From Phoronis australis (Eukaryota; Animalia; Phoronida), in assembly GCA_002633005.1 (NCBI GenBank), contig NMRA01000431.1, forward strand, positions 273,708 to 337,707: a DNA stretch of 64,000 nucleotides, given 5' to 3'. The notes under the pieces are model-generated. The model was not told the origin of the DNA and did no database searches. It saw only the letters and a program-made list of their open reading frames with translations. Position 1 is the stretch's first letter, and every line of letters begins with the position of its first letter. A program made the position numbers and the translations under genes. Of this stretch, positions 36,681 through 52,039 are shown in pieces.

Positions 36681-39600
36681 TTTTTAATTTTGGGTTCTTA
36701 ACGTGGAGATGGTCAATTTTTTATAAAGTTGAATAGAGCCAGTAATAATACAGGGCAAAGTGTCATTCAGCACGGTGGCGACTTGAGTATCTCCAATTTG
36801 TCATTAACTGTTTGGCTATTAGTGTCCAACTGTTTTGGGTGTGGAACACGTGCCTTTTACCGCCTAAACAACTGCAGATAGGTTTCAATTCCATGATTTA
36901 ACAAGTTTTTCTCCAATAATTTTGTATGTGACCCCAACAGATAAAGTGAACGAAATGGAAACCACCTTGAAACAACCATGAAAGTGACACGAATCTACGG
37001 TAAAACACAGCACAGACTTATAAAATTTGACGAGACGTGTTCCATTCACTTAGTACAATCGACAGCCTTCAGCGACTATATGCCACGTTCCAGACAGAGT
37101 AATAGGTTAAGTCAGAAGTTAGCATTTTTGTTCAAGGTTGTCTTTTCACCGAACATTTTATGTCAGACAAAAAACGACTAAGATGGTTTGCTAAAATTTG
37201 CGAATTCGAAAAAGCTGAATATGTATGCATTGCCTAGGCTCATTCGATATAATCGTGAAATTAGAAGAACGCTGTAATGCCTTCAATTAAGAATTCAACA
37301 TTGACAGCTAAATAGCGGAAAAATAGAACCCTAGAAAAATGTCCAAATTTGGCCAGCTTTGAAACGTCATATGGCTGATCGGATTCATACTAAATTTTCA
37401 AATAGTATGATTTATACTCAGTTCCCTAATATCAGAATCATAATCAGAAATGTTTATTAAATATAAGCCTTGGTCTCATAAGTCAGTTTACATTACAACT
37501 TTACTATGATGAAATGTCAGCTCTTAACACTGTTTTTCTTGAAGTATAAAGCGCCAGGCTTTTTAGTTGTGCATTGAGCATCTAAAACGAGCAAGTTTTT
37601 CCTTAAGTAAATGTCTAATAAGTACAAGACATTTTAACACTGTAGTTCTATATTGATAGTACAATATAATTGATACTTAGTCGAATTATTAGTTACAGAT
37701 TAACAGTTTTGAACGGTACTGTCAAACAATCTCTGACGAAATTATAAAAGAAATCAATCTACATCACCCGGTCCGTATTAATTATACCCTCCATGCGTAG
37801 TTACCTAATACGAAAAGTTCTACTTTTGTACGAAGGCTATCAAAATAAGACTTTTATGATTTTTCTGAAAAAACGTCAAATGAAAGGAAATCGAAATTAT
37901 AATTTAGAAAACTGTTATGTCATTTTTTAGATTTCGTGTTGACCATTTACATCAAATCAGATGATCACATTGTTACCATTGTGTTGCCATGAACTTAGCT
38001 TTCTTTCTTTGCTAAATTTACTAAATGAAAGACCTGGTCACGTCACCCAATTAACGGCTGGTTTGTATAGAGATAAAATCAAATTCTACAGGCTCTCTAC
38101 TTTCACAAAGTATATTTATTGAGTTATAGGTATCACAAAGAAGATAACTTTTCTCTGTCGTACTGAAGTGGGCGCTAAAAGTTGATGAGTCTGTTTGTGA
38201 TGCTGTGCCGAGAACCGGAACCAAGCGCACGTGCTCATATGTGAATCGCAACAACACAATAGAAATTTGTCAAAATCGTAACTTAAACTATTTGAATTGA
38301 AAACACAAAGAAGAGATACAGATCACACAGACATTTATGCACGTATAAAGGGTCAATACATGGAATAGCCACTTCCGGCTGCAAACGAAGCATTATGCGC
38401 TTGTAAGTAGGACTTCGGGCAAAGCGCATGCTGGAAGACCGCATTATCTCGCAAAAAGCGAAGTAGTCTGAATGTGGGCATACAGACACGATACGTTTTC
38501 AATCGCTATTTATGAATCGAAGTGTTTACTCATGGACGTTTGACATCTATCTTGTTCTTCCTTTAAAAATCTTTCTTCATAAGGGGCTGGGAACGAACAG
38601 TAACCCTAACCGAGCGAAGTGCGCATTGCAGGCGTTGACAGTATTCATAACACTGGCCCATTGTGGTGCTTAGGTTCGGACTGGCTTAAAATAGAACAAA
38701 AATAGGCTCGCTTTTTAGCACTGTGAGAAAACATCACGTGCTTAGATCACGTACGTCACAACGTGAGTGCGGTTAATTATTGGTTCCCATACGATTGGCT
38801 TGATTAGTAGCTTACGTGTATACAATCAGTTGTCAACCATTGCAATTATTTTGACATGTTCCCCATTTGGACGTTCAACATAGGTCTATCGAAGTCGGCT
38901 TCAACAACAAGAAATGGCCATTCTTTCCTGAAGTTTCTTATGTTACGAAATTACAATGACGGGAGGTTCTTAAGTGTGTTGAAAACAAAACAACTAACAC
39001 ATTGACGTAAACACGCTGCATTTCAATTCAGAGTGCAGTTCGCAATGAGTGCGGACTGCATTTAGGCACTTTTACGCTCCACATGCAAGATAATAAGTTA
39101 ACTGTTTCATCTGGGCACAAACACCACAATTCTAAAAGAAAAAGTAGATTTTGTTATCATTTTTTCAGGTAGCTTACTGGTGGTCGCTCGGAGATGAAAT
39201 ACAGATTCATACCCGGATCCACAAGTAGTCAGTCGAGTTTTTCTGCACGTGTGATTTTGCAAAACATTTACTCGTAAATGCACATTTCCACAATATCATA
39301 ACGCTGTTGCCTACCAGGCCACCAAACCTTTTGTTCAGCCTCATTATTAGTCTGTGACATGTTACTTAGACTTGTGTTTTCGTGTAAACGTAAACACTGG
39401 ACACGCGCTCTTTTTCAAATGTCAAATTAAAACAACAAAAGACCTGCAAGTGCTTAAACTTGAGTAAACTACTAATTATGAACACCCAGCGGTTTTAACA
39501 CATTTACGACCGTGTACATGTGTACGTACCTTTTGACCAAGAAGTGCAGGGAAGGCTCGCCTTCGAATGATTGGTGGCGTTTGATCGACCATACAAGTTT

Positions 39601-42600
39601 TTTAAAAACTGTTTTCTGTCAGCAGCACCAGGCAGGTTTTGTTTGTAATTATTTTCATACCAAACAATACGTTTCACACCTGTCCTGTTGTTTTGGTTGA
39701 GGTGCGATGGAGCGAAATTGGCTCATTAATGCACTGTGACGCGTTGTTTGGATTACGGATGGCTGACTGGATAACCGATGCTATGTCGATCTTTTCTACT
39801 TTAATCAATATCATCCCGCGGACAACTTAAGCAACCAGAATACACCAAAAAGAAAGCATCCGTGAACAAATAAACCTAGATCCACTCGCTGGTGTGTAAC
39901 CATAAAGGGCCGATTGACCTTGTGCTATTCTGCATTGAAGCAACCTAACCTCAAAACAAAAACTTCTGTAGTTTGGAAAGCACTGAACTCTCCACAGATG
40001 ACTTTGACTCGGAAACAATAAATCTTCTTATCAGTAGAATTGAAAACACACGGTGAAAGAGCTAACAAAATTGTAGCTTACGTAAAAAACAATTTACACG
40101 TAATGGATACCAGAAAGCAGTGATCTACTTCGCGTCGGGCCGCATATACGGGCAAAACATTCAGTCTGAAACGAATGTCGTACCCAAGGTTAGACGCATT
40201 TTGCACTGATTTTACATGATAACAACAACAGTTCTTCCAATAAGCAACATTGAAAATGATATTTGATCAATCTAACCTGAATGTCACCCAACAGCCAGTG
40301 GAATCCAATGACGAACGTTGAAATCATCCCGTCGATCACTCACATAAATATATATATATACTACAGTCATAAATGGGTGATAACTGCTTTCTCAAATCAT
40401 TCATATTGAGTCCGTAGGACGTCTCCCAAGCATCGTTCAAAGGTAAATATTTATCAGTATCGAATACACCATCCCAGCTTCAAACATGGTCTTGCACACT
40501 TTTACATCTGTGAAACCCAAACAGCGCGAGCTTCTGCTAATGATCTGCAGATGTCACTGCTTATCTGTTCAACCCTCCAAGTTATTCGAGCTACAAGTTA
40601 TTTTTCACATGAACCTGGCAACTCAGAATTTGCTTTTTGTTGTCAAAAGGGATGGTGAAATGAGTAGATATGTACACGACCTCCTAGTTTACGTTTTAAT
40701 ATGCATGTTGTTTAATAGACTTTTTGATGATGGCCGAATCGTAGTTAATTTTAAACGGGATCTCGAGAACCACAGAATGTATTTTTTCTTGTCAAAACGA
40801 GTGGTGAATACACACACACGCACATGCACACGCACACACACACAAACACACGTAAATATGCATTTGTATATGCATGTGTACAGACATGTTGGTGTGCATG
40901 TGTTGGTGTTTCGCTCTAAGGTTATGTTTACAATGAACACTTACATACTAATCTTGTCAAAGATGATAACAATTTGACAAGATACATGAACTAGCAATAA
41001 AACGCGTTATACATGTATGAACAGACACCCTTCACAGCACAGGAGAACATATATAGTAAAAGTTAACTTTTCCGACTTGTGATGGATTGGTACCATGAAA
41101 CGGTGGGATCGTTCTGGGTCACAGAGCTGGCCTTCATTTAGGCATCAAGATATATTTCTTTTGCCTTCGCGGTTACGTAAATTTGCATTGAAATAGTTTG
41201 GGTATCAACGAATGAGAAGTCACGAAAATATCCCTCAAGCACACATTCAAAACATGCACGAGTAATTATTGCCAGATTAGGCTTGTATAGCAAATGTCAG
41301 CCTACATGTATCAAATGAAACACGGTCAATACTTACCCTGCGTTCACATGAAGTATTGTTGTAGAGGAGATTCTACAATGGGCGTATTACCTAATGTGAA
41401 TCCAGCAAAACGGCATATCAAGTCACACTATGTATTGCTTTACGTGGCACTTTACAGTAAATCTATATTAGTGCCGTGAACTTGCTGAATGCTCCAAGGT
41501 TACTCGACTAGATTTTTGACAGTGTGCAGCTGGATACTGAACTTAGATCATTTGTCATTTAGAAACACTACGAGAAGAGATGCCATGTTGCCGGAAATAG
41601 TATAATTTGCAACAAAACTTTTTTTACATGTGGGAATCTTTTTGCAGATTTGTATAGTTGAAAAGGTAAACAACAAATTCCCAAAGCGATTAAAAAGTAA
41701 GAATTTAACACCTTTCGAGATCTACTACCTCCGAGCTGGAAGCAGACCAATCAAGATAGACAATCTTCCTCATTCACTCACCGCAAGGCCGTTCTCGTTA
41801 ACACCCTTCTTATCCCACATGGCCAATAATTGTGCCAAGCACGTACTACATGTCCCGGTGTTAATTAAGCACGTAAATGAGGTTTATGGGAAGAGAAATG
41901 AGTTTGTAAGAACAGAATTGTGGTTTATGAGAAAAGAACGTCGTCCTCATTGCGTTAATGAGAAAAGGACAGACTCTGTTAATGAGAACGCCTGTGCTGC
42001 CCTTCTGAGTCGATTCAAAGCTGTCGTTAACAATGAAATCAGGAGAGAAATTCGGTTCGTCTGAATATAAATTAGACTTACCTTAACATAAGTATCAAAA
42101 TCTGCAGAGGTCTCGATATTCGAACCTAGTTGCAACATCATATCTGCATGTGAAAACCCTCATTGGAAAATTAATTAACAGTAAATTAATCAACATTTGA
42201 CGTCGTTACGGCGGACTCTGCACTCTGTACCCAAGATTCCCCCACTGTTCGCAGGAATCTTAATTTAAGTTCACCTTTATCGCCCAGAGTATAATCAGCG
42301 CTGCATGCTACGGAACTCATGTAGGCCTACAGACAATTCTATGAACTGGCGTCTTCTCTTTAATCGACCATTTTAAAGCAAAAAAAAAATACGAGCTACC
42401 CAACACATCGATACTTGTGGCCTAAAAGCCGATTGAACCGATAAATGGAAAATTATATCACGTGTGTAACCAATCGATTTTGAGTTGTTCTTCATCGATA
42501 TTGGCAAATTAGTTCTAACATTTTCACGCTTGAAGACAAACTCAGATGCAGGCGTAGTGGATCAATTAAACGGGAAATATATTAGCTTACAAGCCAGGGA

Positions 42601-45302
42601 TGTACGTAGCATGAACGCCACACGTGCATGCTAATAGAACAATTAAGTTTACCGTAGTACTCTAATTACAACTATGTGTATTAAGACAAATATCTAGACT
42701 TTAAATCACTAAAAGTACATATTTTACGAAAGAAGAAAGCACTTAGAATTTGATTTCTGACTTTTTACCAATCTGTCATTAAGTGGGTCATGAGACCATG
42801 TTTTAGTAGAAATTGCAAAAAAGAAAGGTATGTTGATAGTAAAGCAACATTATCAGTAACATGATCAAATTTTATTTGATGTAAATGTTCAGGATGTTTT
42901 TGCAGTTTTCTAAGATATCATTTCGTTTTCGTTTTCATGAAACTTTTTTATTTTTTCATGAATATTATGAAAGTCCCATTTTTTGATAGCCCCTCATGCA
43001 AAAGTGGAAAAAAGGAATTGCTAACAAGTTTGTGGACAATAGTGCATACGGTATGTGGAAGTATCATATGAATAAGTTCAGTCACGTCACAGTGAGATAT
43101 GATGTTCCAAATTTATCTAAATTTTAATACGATCCTACTACATGGCCTTAAAATAGAAGCATCCAACATAGCATTACAATATGCCTGTGGTTCACTGTAC
43201 GCTGATTAGACTAATATGTCACATCACACTAAATCGAACTGTCGCACATTCACAAGTGACATCCTATCGAAATGAAGGTGTATAGCTGCCAAAGCCCTGC
43301 AAGCAGGGTGTCAGGAGGGAAGGATCTCTTACAAACGAATTTCCATTCACGTGTTTGTCAAGTCGTGCTCTAGCATAAAATGTTCTTTTCATTATTCTTA
43401 AAATGCAAATTATACACCGATAGCGGTACTTCTTTGACGCCACTTTATTGTCAATCTAAGCTTCCGTGACAATAGGTAACAAAAACGGAACAACTAAATT
43501 ATAAAACAGTTCAAAGTAATACGCGGGTGCTCTGGATAGGAAAATTAATTTCGACTTCAGTGACTGCATGGTGCACATGTGCAATTCAGCTTCGTCTTTG
43601 TATCGAGGCACTCGCTGTGGTTACCAGTTAGAATATACCCTCAGAGCAGTTATTATATAGACTTCACAACCACGTACAGTTTAATTATTTGTGCAAAATC
43701 TCTTACGCCATTACGGTGGTAAATTACTATAAACAATGTCGATATATGATCGAGTAGGCGCATACCAAATGGTTTCTAATTGGAACGCAAGAGAATAGTA
43801 CTCGAGTTGTTAATGTAATCAATTCATCTTGCAAGTCAAAACCAATATATTCGTTGCTGCACTTAATTTCACAACCACCCGCACACAGTTTCTCTTACCT
43901 CGTGAATCTAGCCGCGGTTGCCCCTGTGCTGTTTATCGGTCGAAATGGGGGGGAAACCTTTCGGATCGCGTTTTATTGTCATCAATCGAATAACACTCCA
44001 AATCTATGTAAATACGGAATAGATTTAATAGTAAATATACTTTGCCCACTTCAAATGATTGAATAAATAACTCAAGAGAACAAATTGTACCGAATATACA
44101 TTCTCTACTTTGTTAGGTCAATTTCCAGAGTTAGTTTTGATAATTCGTTTTATGTTCAATTGCGCCTATTTGCTCTGAACTTCCAGTCGAATACTCCTTG
44201 AGAAATACCTTGGTATCATTTCCCGATGTAAATATTTAATGAGCTTAATTCTTTGAGTTAGACATTTTCAGTTTGCTGAAGACTGTTCCAGAACTCTCCA
44301 CACAAAGATGATCCTAGCAAGTGTTTCAAAATGGCTTCCCTTGGTACGTGTGAACCGAAACGGTCCCAGGCACAGCATATTGCTCTTCCAAGAAAAAAAA
44401 ATAAAGTCAATGAGTGAAAGCTGGCAATACCAAATAAGAACACTCATGATTTGCGAGCCGCTAATCAACACACGCATCTTCGTTCCGGGATACTCCGAGC
44501 CACCGCACGGAAATCTCCGTGGACCTTGATAACTCTGAGAAGTTCCGGTAATCGAAACTTAACCAAAAATACATCAAATGTCTCGGCAACGATTCAGACG
44601 TTGGGAATTAATTCCTTAAAACGTACCTCTGCAAAAGTCCTATCTGACGTCGAATTCACCAGTTTATCAATTTAGGTCGATTGCTAAATTCATACCAGCA
44701 AATTTAAATTGGCTCACAAGAGCTCAGGGTACTAAGCGTTCACTAATCATATGAAATGTACTTATCGGTCTTGTGTTTGTTTTTAGAAATTTGCATGCTG
44801 ATATCGAACCAACGTATCACACTAAAAAAATGCCCACCGAGAATGTCAACATTTCAATTCTTGAAATTCAATGACCAAGAAGTGGAATAGTTTCAGAAAT
44901 TTTTCTTCGTTCCCTAAAAATCAGGAAAACAGGTGTGGTCTAATCGTGTGCCTTCATTTGTACATTTAGAAAAGCAAGGAAAAATATCATGTTAATCATT
45001 TGTCGTTGTTTCAATTTATTGTGGTCAATTTTTACATGAGAAAAAGCTTGTTGGTTTTACATTGATGGTTTCATTTTTAGCCACGGCATTTGCCCTCAAG
45101 CAATTGAGTAGAAAAATGCCTATTTCATGCATCGCAAGTCTTAGGAATGCCGCAGATACGGTGACACGCCTAAATCCGATCTATGGCTGTGACTGCACTT
45201 TTTACTTTTGATTGCCGTATCCGTTCTTCTTCAGTCAGTGTATATGTATGACTGAGGAGAAAGGTTATGTTGGAACTGGCTGTATGAGTGTACGTGCTCA
45301 AC

Positions 45303-45402
45303 TGTCGGGTAGGGTCAAATGTCGGATAGGGCCAAATATCGGGTAGGGCCAAATGTCGGGTAGGGCCAAATGTCGGGTAGGGCCAAATGTCGGGTAGGGC
45401 CA
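45303..45402. repeat. 17-bp minisatellite, about 6 units (TGTCGGGTAGGGCCAAA)
   Basis: Directly visible. Confidence 0.95.
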
Positions 45403-45774
45403 TCGCCCTTTTCTGCATCACCCCCTAAATGAAAATGAAACACTTCTTCGATTTCTCAGTTTGCCTCGGTTTACACACATGGAACTGTTCTTGCCAAGTT
45501 ACTCAGCACACGTAACTCTAGAAGACGAACCTGTTCGTAACTACAACTCTTTTACGCATGCTCGAATTACGTTACGTTCTTGTATCTCTCACCGCAGCAC
45601 GCGTTAATAAACATTCCATTAGATAATGAGAATTGTCATAATTTTTCAAATTACCACGAAAACTTCAACTTCAAAGGGGTAGTTGGTGGCAAGACTTATA
45701 CTTTTGGCATCAAACTTTGTCATTAAAGAGAGAAGTAAAACAGAATTTTCTTTTTTGAAAACTGAACATCAATC

Positions 45775-45943
45775 GTGGTCTTTGAGAGAACCCAATGTAT
45801 ACAATCGGCACATCTATCCTGGTCTTTGAGAGAACCCAATGTATACATTCGGCACATCTATCCTGGTCTTTGAGAGAGCCCAATGTATACATTCGACACA
45901 TCTATCCTGGTCTTTGAGAGAGCCCAATGTATACATTCGACAC
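45775..45943. repeat. 44-bp tandem repeat, about 4 units
   Basis: CTGGTCTTTGAGAGA(A/G)CCCAATGTATACATTCG(G/A)CACATCTATC. Confidence 0.95.
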
Positions 45944-48900
45944 GTACGCCATTCAAAAGTTTTAACTAACTTCGCTCAGAACTAAAATCTCCGATGAACC
46001 TGAGCCGTAACTTGTGACTAGCCATATCAATGTTTATTTTCTCCCTTGAAAAAGGATAATCGGAAGACTTTATTCTATCAGATATGACGCACACAAGAGC
46101 AAACATAATCCACATTCAAACAAGCACGACAACCTGCAGTAGCCATTAAGGCAATTTTTAAAACTTGTCACGATGTGATAAATTCACCACTCTGTCTCAT
46201 GAAGCCCCTGTGGTGAGTGCTTATACAAAAAGTCAACGAACTGTCAACTACAAAATTCTTGTGTAACCCTGTCACTTTTCGTAGCACGATGGTTTCCCTG
46301 GAACCAATGTAGAATAAGAAAACAATTTTGAAGCCTCCACTTATTTGAGTGCTGCGCCGCCCATGGTAAGCGTACTCAGTAGAGACTTTGCGCCTAGAGA
46401 TGCAAAAACGATATGTTGGGCTGGTGTACCTTATTTGAATTTTTGTTACCAACACGGGGAGTAAAATTCCTTGAATATAGTTTTAGCTTTCTAGTTTCAC
46501 TTTCTTGTCAGAGAACTTTATACAGTTGGCTTCTAAGTGTTACTGCATTGCATAATGTACGACTTCATAGACTGATTATAAAAGGAGATGGCTCTTCCGG
46601 ACGCGGCAAATAAAAAACCGGCTTTGGTACGCCGTTTTGAGTATTGAAGCAAACAATTGACATGTCCTTCGAAAATTGTGGTTGGCCCTCTTGTGACATC
46701 CTAGGTCCGCCAATGTAAAGGAAACACTGGGTAAACCAAAGTAGTCGGACTAGCATTGAGGAATGTGTTCCTCGGAGTTGGTTCTCATTGCACTGTGATG
46801 GATAGGATAATTAGCTAATGAATACCAGCTAATGTCTTAAATTTAAGAATAGCTAACGACTTGTAACAGCACGAAATCATTTTCGCCCTGGTTATTCTTA
46901 GATCTTTTGAACGATTTCAGTTTCCCGTCAAAGAGCTCGGTACAGTAAGTAACCCGCACACCCTAACAACCTCTTGTGTGTTCTGTGACAAGATCTGCCT
47001 ATAATATAGTTCACTCAAAATGGGGCAGTTGACCAAGTTTGATTTCCTAACTTTTAATTACTCACCACAACTGTATTGCTTACAACACAACCGATACTTA
47101 CACTGGTGCCATGGCTGTGCGCCCAGGTGGACGAGTTCACCACAACCAAATTGCCTACGAGGATAGGATAGTGCCTTGCCGGTTTCAATTTCCCATGAAT
47201 TACACAAATGGTTCATTTTGCAACATCACTGTTTAGTAGGGCTTCATACTATTATTCACGTTCGTTCAATTAAGGTTAACAGTAAGTTTTTGTAGGGGTA
47301 TGCTCATTATATAAAATATTGACCAAGCATGAATTACTGAAAGATGTGAGTTGGTGATTGCTTAAGCGGAAGTGAAGTTACGACTAATTCACACATAAGG
47401 TCGGCAAAACTAAATGCAAATACTTAAGTGACATGTCACCAGTCAAGGCGAATCTAAGATTGAGTGGGTTTAGGGTAAAGACAAACATTTCTTTCCTTTT
47501 TTTACAAATTGAGCGACTCAAAGTTTATATTTTGAAATCAGGTTTTGCTGTCGCTCCAAACACTTACCTTCGTTACCTTTGGTAAAGGGAGTTTGAAAGC
47601 GCTTTCATACAACAAGTTACTGCAATTTACATTTTTATCTTTTTATTTTTTTAGCTTTCCACTCACTCGTTGACACGAAAATCATTCTTTAAAAAAGTGC
47701 ACGTTGTAGGTCGACGGTTAGTACAGTTCAGAACGCAACACTACGGGTATTGCGTTGTATAGAACTCTGTGACAAAACTTAAAATGACAAAACCGCATAA
47801 AACTCTGGGTAAACGAGAGGTGTCTTCTTCCGTATAATGTTTTCTACAGTAACATCTAAAAAGATTCAGAAAAAGTTATTTGTATTAAAAGATATGTGAA
47901 GGTTGAGGTATTGGAGATGTGAGCAAGTATGCGCGATCTGCACCATTCCCCTGCCGACATTACCTAAACCCGTCCCACTTCTCTGACCCGTCTCTCTCCC
48001 CAGTTGCCTTCAATTTTGCACTGTAAATGTAAATCTAGCACCTTTGTCCTGCCAGTTATTCCCGTCGAGATATCCCCGTAAGCTCAACAAACCCAAATCC
48101 CCCATCGATCACTTCCAGCTGGGCACAAGGATGTTCAGATAAACACTCGAATTTTTACAAATGCGCCGGTTTCTATTTTTACCTGAGCAAATGTTTAGAA
48201 TTTGCTTAGGGCTTGTGTCGTGGAAAGGTAAAGATACACAGATTGTGTTTGTAGACCACACAACTCAAATGATGACGTCAATAAAGACACACAAGAGCGT
48301 TTCTACGACGCTTGATGAAAAGCATTCTTTCACACATGTCATAGAATAGACTTGTATGCGATGCAAGAAATAGCTACTGTTATGCAAGCACGCAAAGTTT
48401 ATTTTTATCCACGAGTAGTGAATTTGCTGAGATTTTACTCTAAAGGTTTATACTATTCGCAATAAAAATAGTTGCACAAATGTCAGAAGTCTGAGACCTG
48501 TCTCGTGTAAGATAGGTTTGTTAACATAAACAGAACGACGCCTTTGGAAAGACTGAAACGCGTACTACTAGTTCTGTGAAAAAATTATCACAAAAACCAA
48601 CAGCTTTTTATATGATTACGAATACGACTTAGATTTAATGCTGTTTATATAGGCCCAATTCTTTGTTTGCAATAGGTCTACTGATTTGGTCTAATTAAGT
48701 GTATACCTTCCTAAAAAGATTCATGATGCGTAGTTAAGATTGGTTTTTCAATTAGTAAAGCCGCATATACGTACCATACAAATCTGAGTGAGCTTGAGGT
48801 TACACTGCTTTTTGTTCTGCGGCCGAACCGTCACAGCTGTGCATTGCAACAGAGTTAGTCCTCAGTAATGCCGTCAGTGACGCTCAGTTGATACAACCAT

Positions 48901-51900
48901 AGTAGTACGATACTTGGCCAAAGCTACTCGCAAATCTCTCATCCCGTCTCAAGCATCACCGCCAGTGAAACGTGCTTTAAGCCCGGTGAACGTCGGACTT
49001 TGAGTGTCTCATCATACAAAGACATGGTTGCGTTTGTTATTCATTATTAAAGCTACGAAGTAAAATCATATCGACAAGATAACGTCTCTCCACACCTGCC
49101 TAACATGTCATGCCAGTGCCACGCGCCTTGTCGTGTCTGGATATTTTTTGCATATCTAAGGTAAAGTTAATTTCTCAGGTTGCAACGGACTTACCTTATT
49201 CGAAGCCTGTGATGGGGCGAAATTGCTGACGATGTGTCTATGTTCGGCTTTCTTGAATTCTACTCGATGCTAGTTGAAATGCCATGTATATACAATGATG
49301 AGTGTAATTAAACAGTGGCCACGCAGTCTAACGACTGAATGAGAGGTGACATGGTGTAAAGACTCTTAAAATCATGCATGTTTGCCTTACAACTTTTTGG
49401 TTTTTAAGTAATCCTGTGGTGGTGAAATAGCGGTGTTTTGAGCAGAATCTCGATGCAGATTACATTGTTACCTTTTGGCGCATCAAAATTTCATCGAGGC
49501 ACTGTATTTGCATAATTCGGGCCAACGGGCGAACGAAAATGTGCCACAATTTTGCCTGGATTTGTCTTGAATAATACGCATTGGATTCAGAATCTAATAC
49601 CGCCAACTGAAGCAGCTGGTCAAAATAACAATTTTATCAATATTAGGTCTAGTATATTGTAAAAATGCAGATCGCAACAGAGGATTTATGTGTTTAGTTA
49701 AATTAAAATGCAGTTGGTCGTTCATAGCAGTCATTAATGACGTACATGTAACATGCTGAGGGACCAGACGGAATCACATATAATAATGCCACCCCCACAA
49801 AACCGAACCCAAAAAGGAAAACATTCGACTAACATGACCTATAGGTTCTAAAGATTTGAGTCCATTTGGGGCAAATGATTTATAGCCTCCTTTTTATAAA
49901 ACCATCCCTGCTTATGTGATTAGTGTCAGCGATTAACACCGAATGGGGGAAACAAGCGTCACATGTACCGCCAGTGGCAACTTGCAAGTACGCACATGCG
50001 TAGGCCTACTAGAGACTTAGGGTAATTAATACAATTTGTGACAAGGTGTGTGGATCTATTCTGATTTCTGTAAAAGCCTACGGTGAAATGAATGGACGAT
50101 TATACATTATGCATTCAGTATGGCTCTTGACAGGTCTTTGGTGCATATATTGATGGTAGGAATATCACGGTGACCTCGGAGTAGGCGCACAGTCATCAAA
50201 TGCACATTGCGGCGCCTCTGACTTTACACTCTGGAGGTCAAACAATACAGCTACGTTTTGAATGAAGTGAGGAGTATTTTGTGCCTTTTTGGACGGACAC
50301 GCAGTTACAGCGTCTATGCTTCCTGATGGTCAGTACAACAGAACTTTAACCATTGAAGCGAATTTAGATAGCTTTCATAAACAAACGTTCCCTTGACATT
50401 TATGCAACGCACATTCACTGCTAAGCTTATACAAGAATACTAATGAATAAACTGTACGTTTACTTTAAACCGTAGAGACAAGTTTTATTCATCGTTATAA
50501 TCGAATAATGCCTGTTTCAAAAAGGTACACAAATAGGTCCGCACTCAGGTATTAGCTAGAGCAAGAAACATTTTGAGTGTGGAGCCGGGAGTGATACATG
50601 CGATACACAGTCCTAGGCGTGGAAATTTGAAAATTGTTGAAGCTGTCTCTGCTCTCACTTAAACATCAAGTTTTTGGCGGATGAAAGGTCACCAATGTCA
50701 TGTCATTTAAGAAGATACCACGCCCTGTTTTGGTGATTTTAACCAATCGTCGTTCTCATGGCCTCTGCCAATGCATCATTGGCGTTCCACTTGAGTGACT
50801 AAAGCAGGATTGAACAAAAAATTATACTCCCTATCACACATTGGATATAGCTAGGGTTCTTGGTTGGCGTTCTTTTACCAGTTGCCGTGTAACTCGCCTT
50901 AATTTTAAACGTAGGCCACGTTTGCCCGTTTTCAAATTTTGCTCCAAATTTATAGGGATTGTCAATGGTTACATAGCATTATTTCGTTTCTAAAACTGGA
51001 TGAGAAAGTAGTTTTAAAAAATCTCTTTGTGCCAAAGTCGGGTTTGATATCTCTTTAAAGCTACATTTCGCCCTGTTGGTTAAACACGAAAGTCTCTTAC
51101 TCTCACGATATCGGCGTCTTAGCATTCGCTACCATCATAGAAAGCTCTATTTCCGTTACTAACAAGGACATTGAAACCATCAGGCAGTTAAGAAAACGCT
51201 TCAGATTTTATTAGTGTTGGCCAAGCTTAAAATTAAAAAATGGCGTATGTAGTTTTGCCTGTGATTTGAGATGCGGGCTCATCCGAAAATAACTCAAGAT
51301 CGGGTAAACACGGTGATATTTTTAAGGCCAAGGTGCTTCAGTGAAACATTCGCGATCGAAATGCAGCTTTAATCAGTTGTCACTATTCCAAAAAATTCGC
51401 ACATTTCAATAAATCTTTTAAGAGTTAAGACCACCCGGAACTCGCAAAAAGCTAGTGAACGTTGCCATGGAGTTTCACAACACGAAAAAAGTCACCAACT
51501 TCATTCCAGTCACCATACTTAGAATAAAATCTGACTAGGCAAGTCACTCAGAAATTCAAAATATCTACGTATTCAGGCCCATGCGCCTACGTGAAGCAGC
51601 GCCTATACCCAGTGTTAGGTGCACGCTACATCACTAGCTCAAGAAAAAAAAGAAAGCAACATGTGAGTGAAACTTGTAATTGGTTATTGGAGTATAATGA
51701 CGTCAACAAGCTGAACATAGATGGGACTTATCAACCTTGTTTGCTCTTGAACAACTCAGCTGAGTGTACGTTCATCACAAGCCGACATATCGGAAGAATT
51801 AATTGTAGTGGACGACTTATCACTGTCGGACAAGGGTAACGTAAGTGGGGGAGAGGGCAGGGGGGAAGGGGGGTGGGTGGCAGCCACAATTTTTGTAACT

Positions 51901-52039
51901 GAAGGAAGTGTCCCAAGCCTTGAAAAATGTCACGCTGGCTGCCTGTTTTATTTTTTTCCGTGTCCGTAAATCCGGATCGGAAGATTCCGGCAATGATCGG
52001 ATAAAGGTGAAGAACACAAACCCTATCGACGTAGTTCAT

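Noticed and set aside
40486-40977. 163-aa ORF
   Set aside because: Kept open partly by a CA-rich microsatellite, with non-protein-like composition.
47095-47180. Possible SINE fragment on minus (GGCAAGGCACT...CCACCTGGG)
   Set aside because: Too degenerate, with no A/B boxes or tail to support it.
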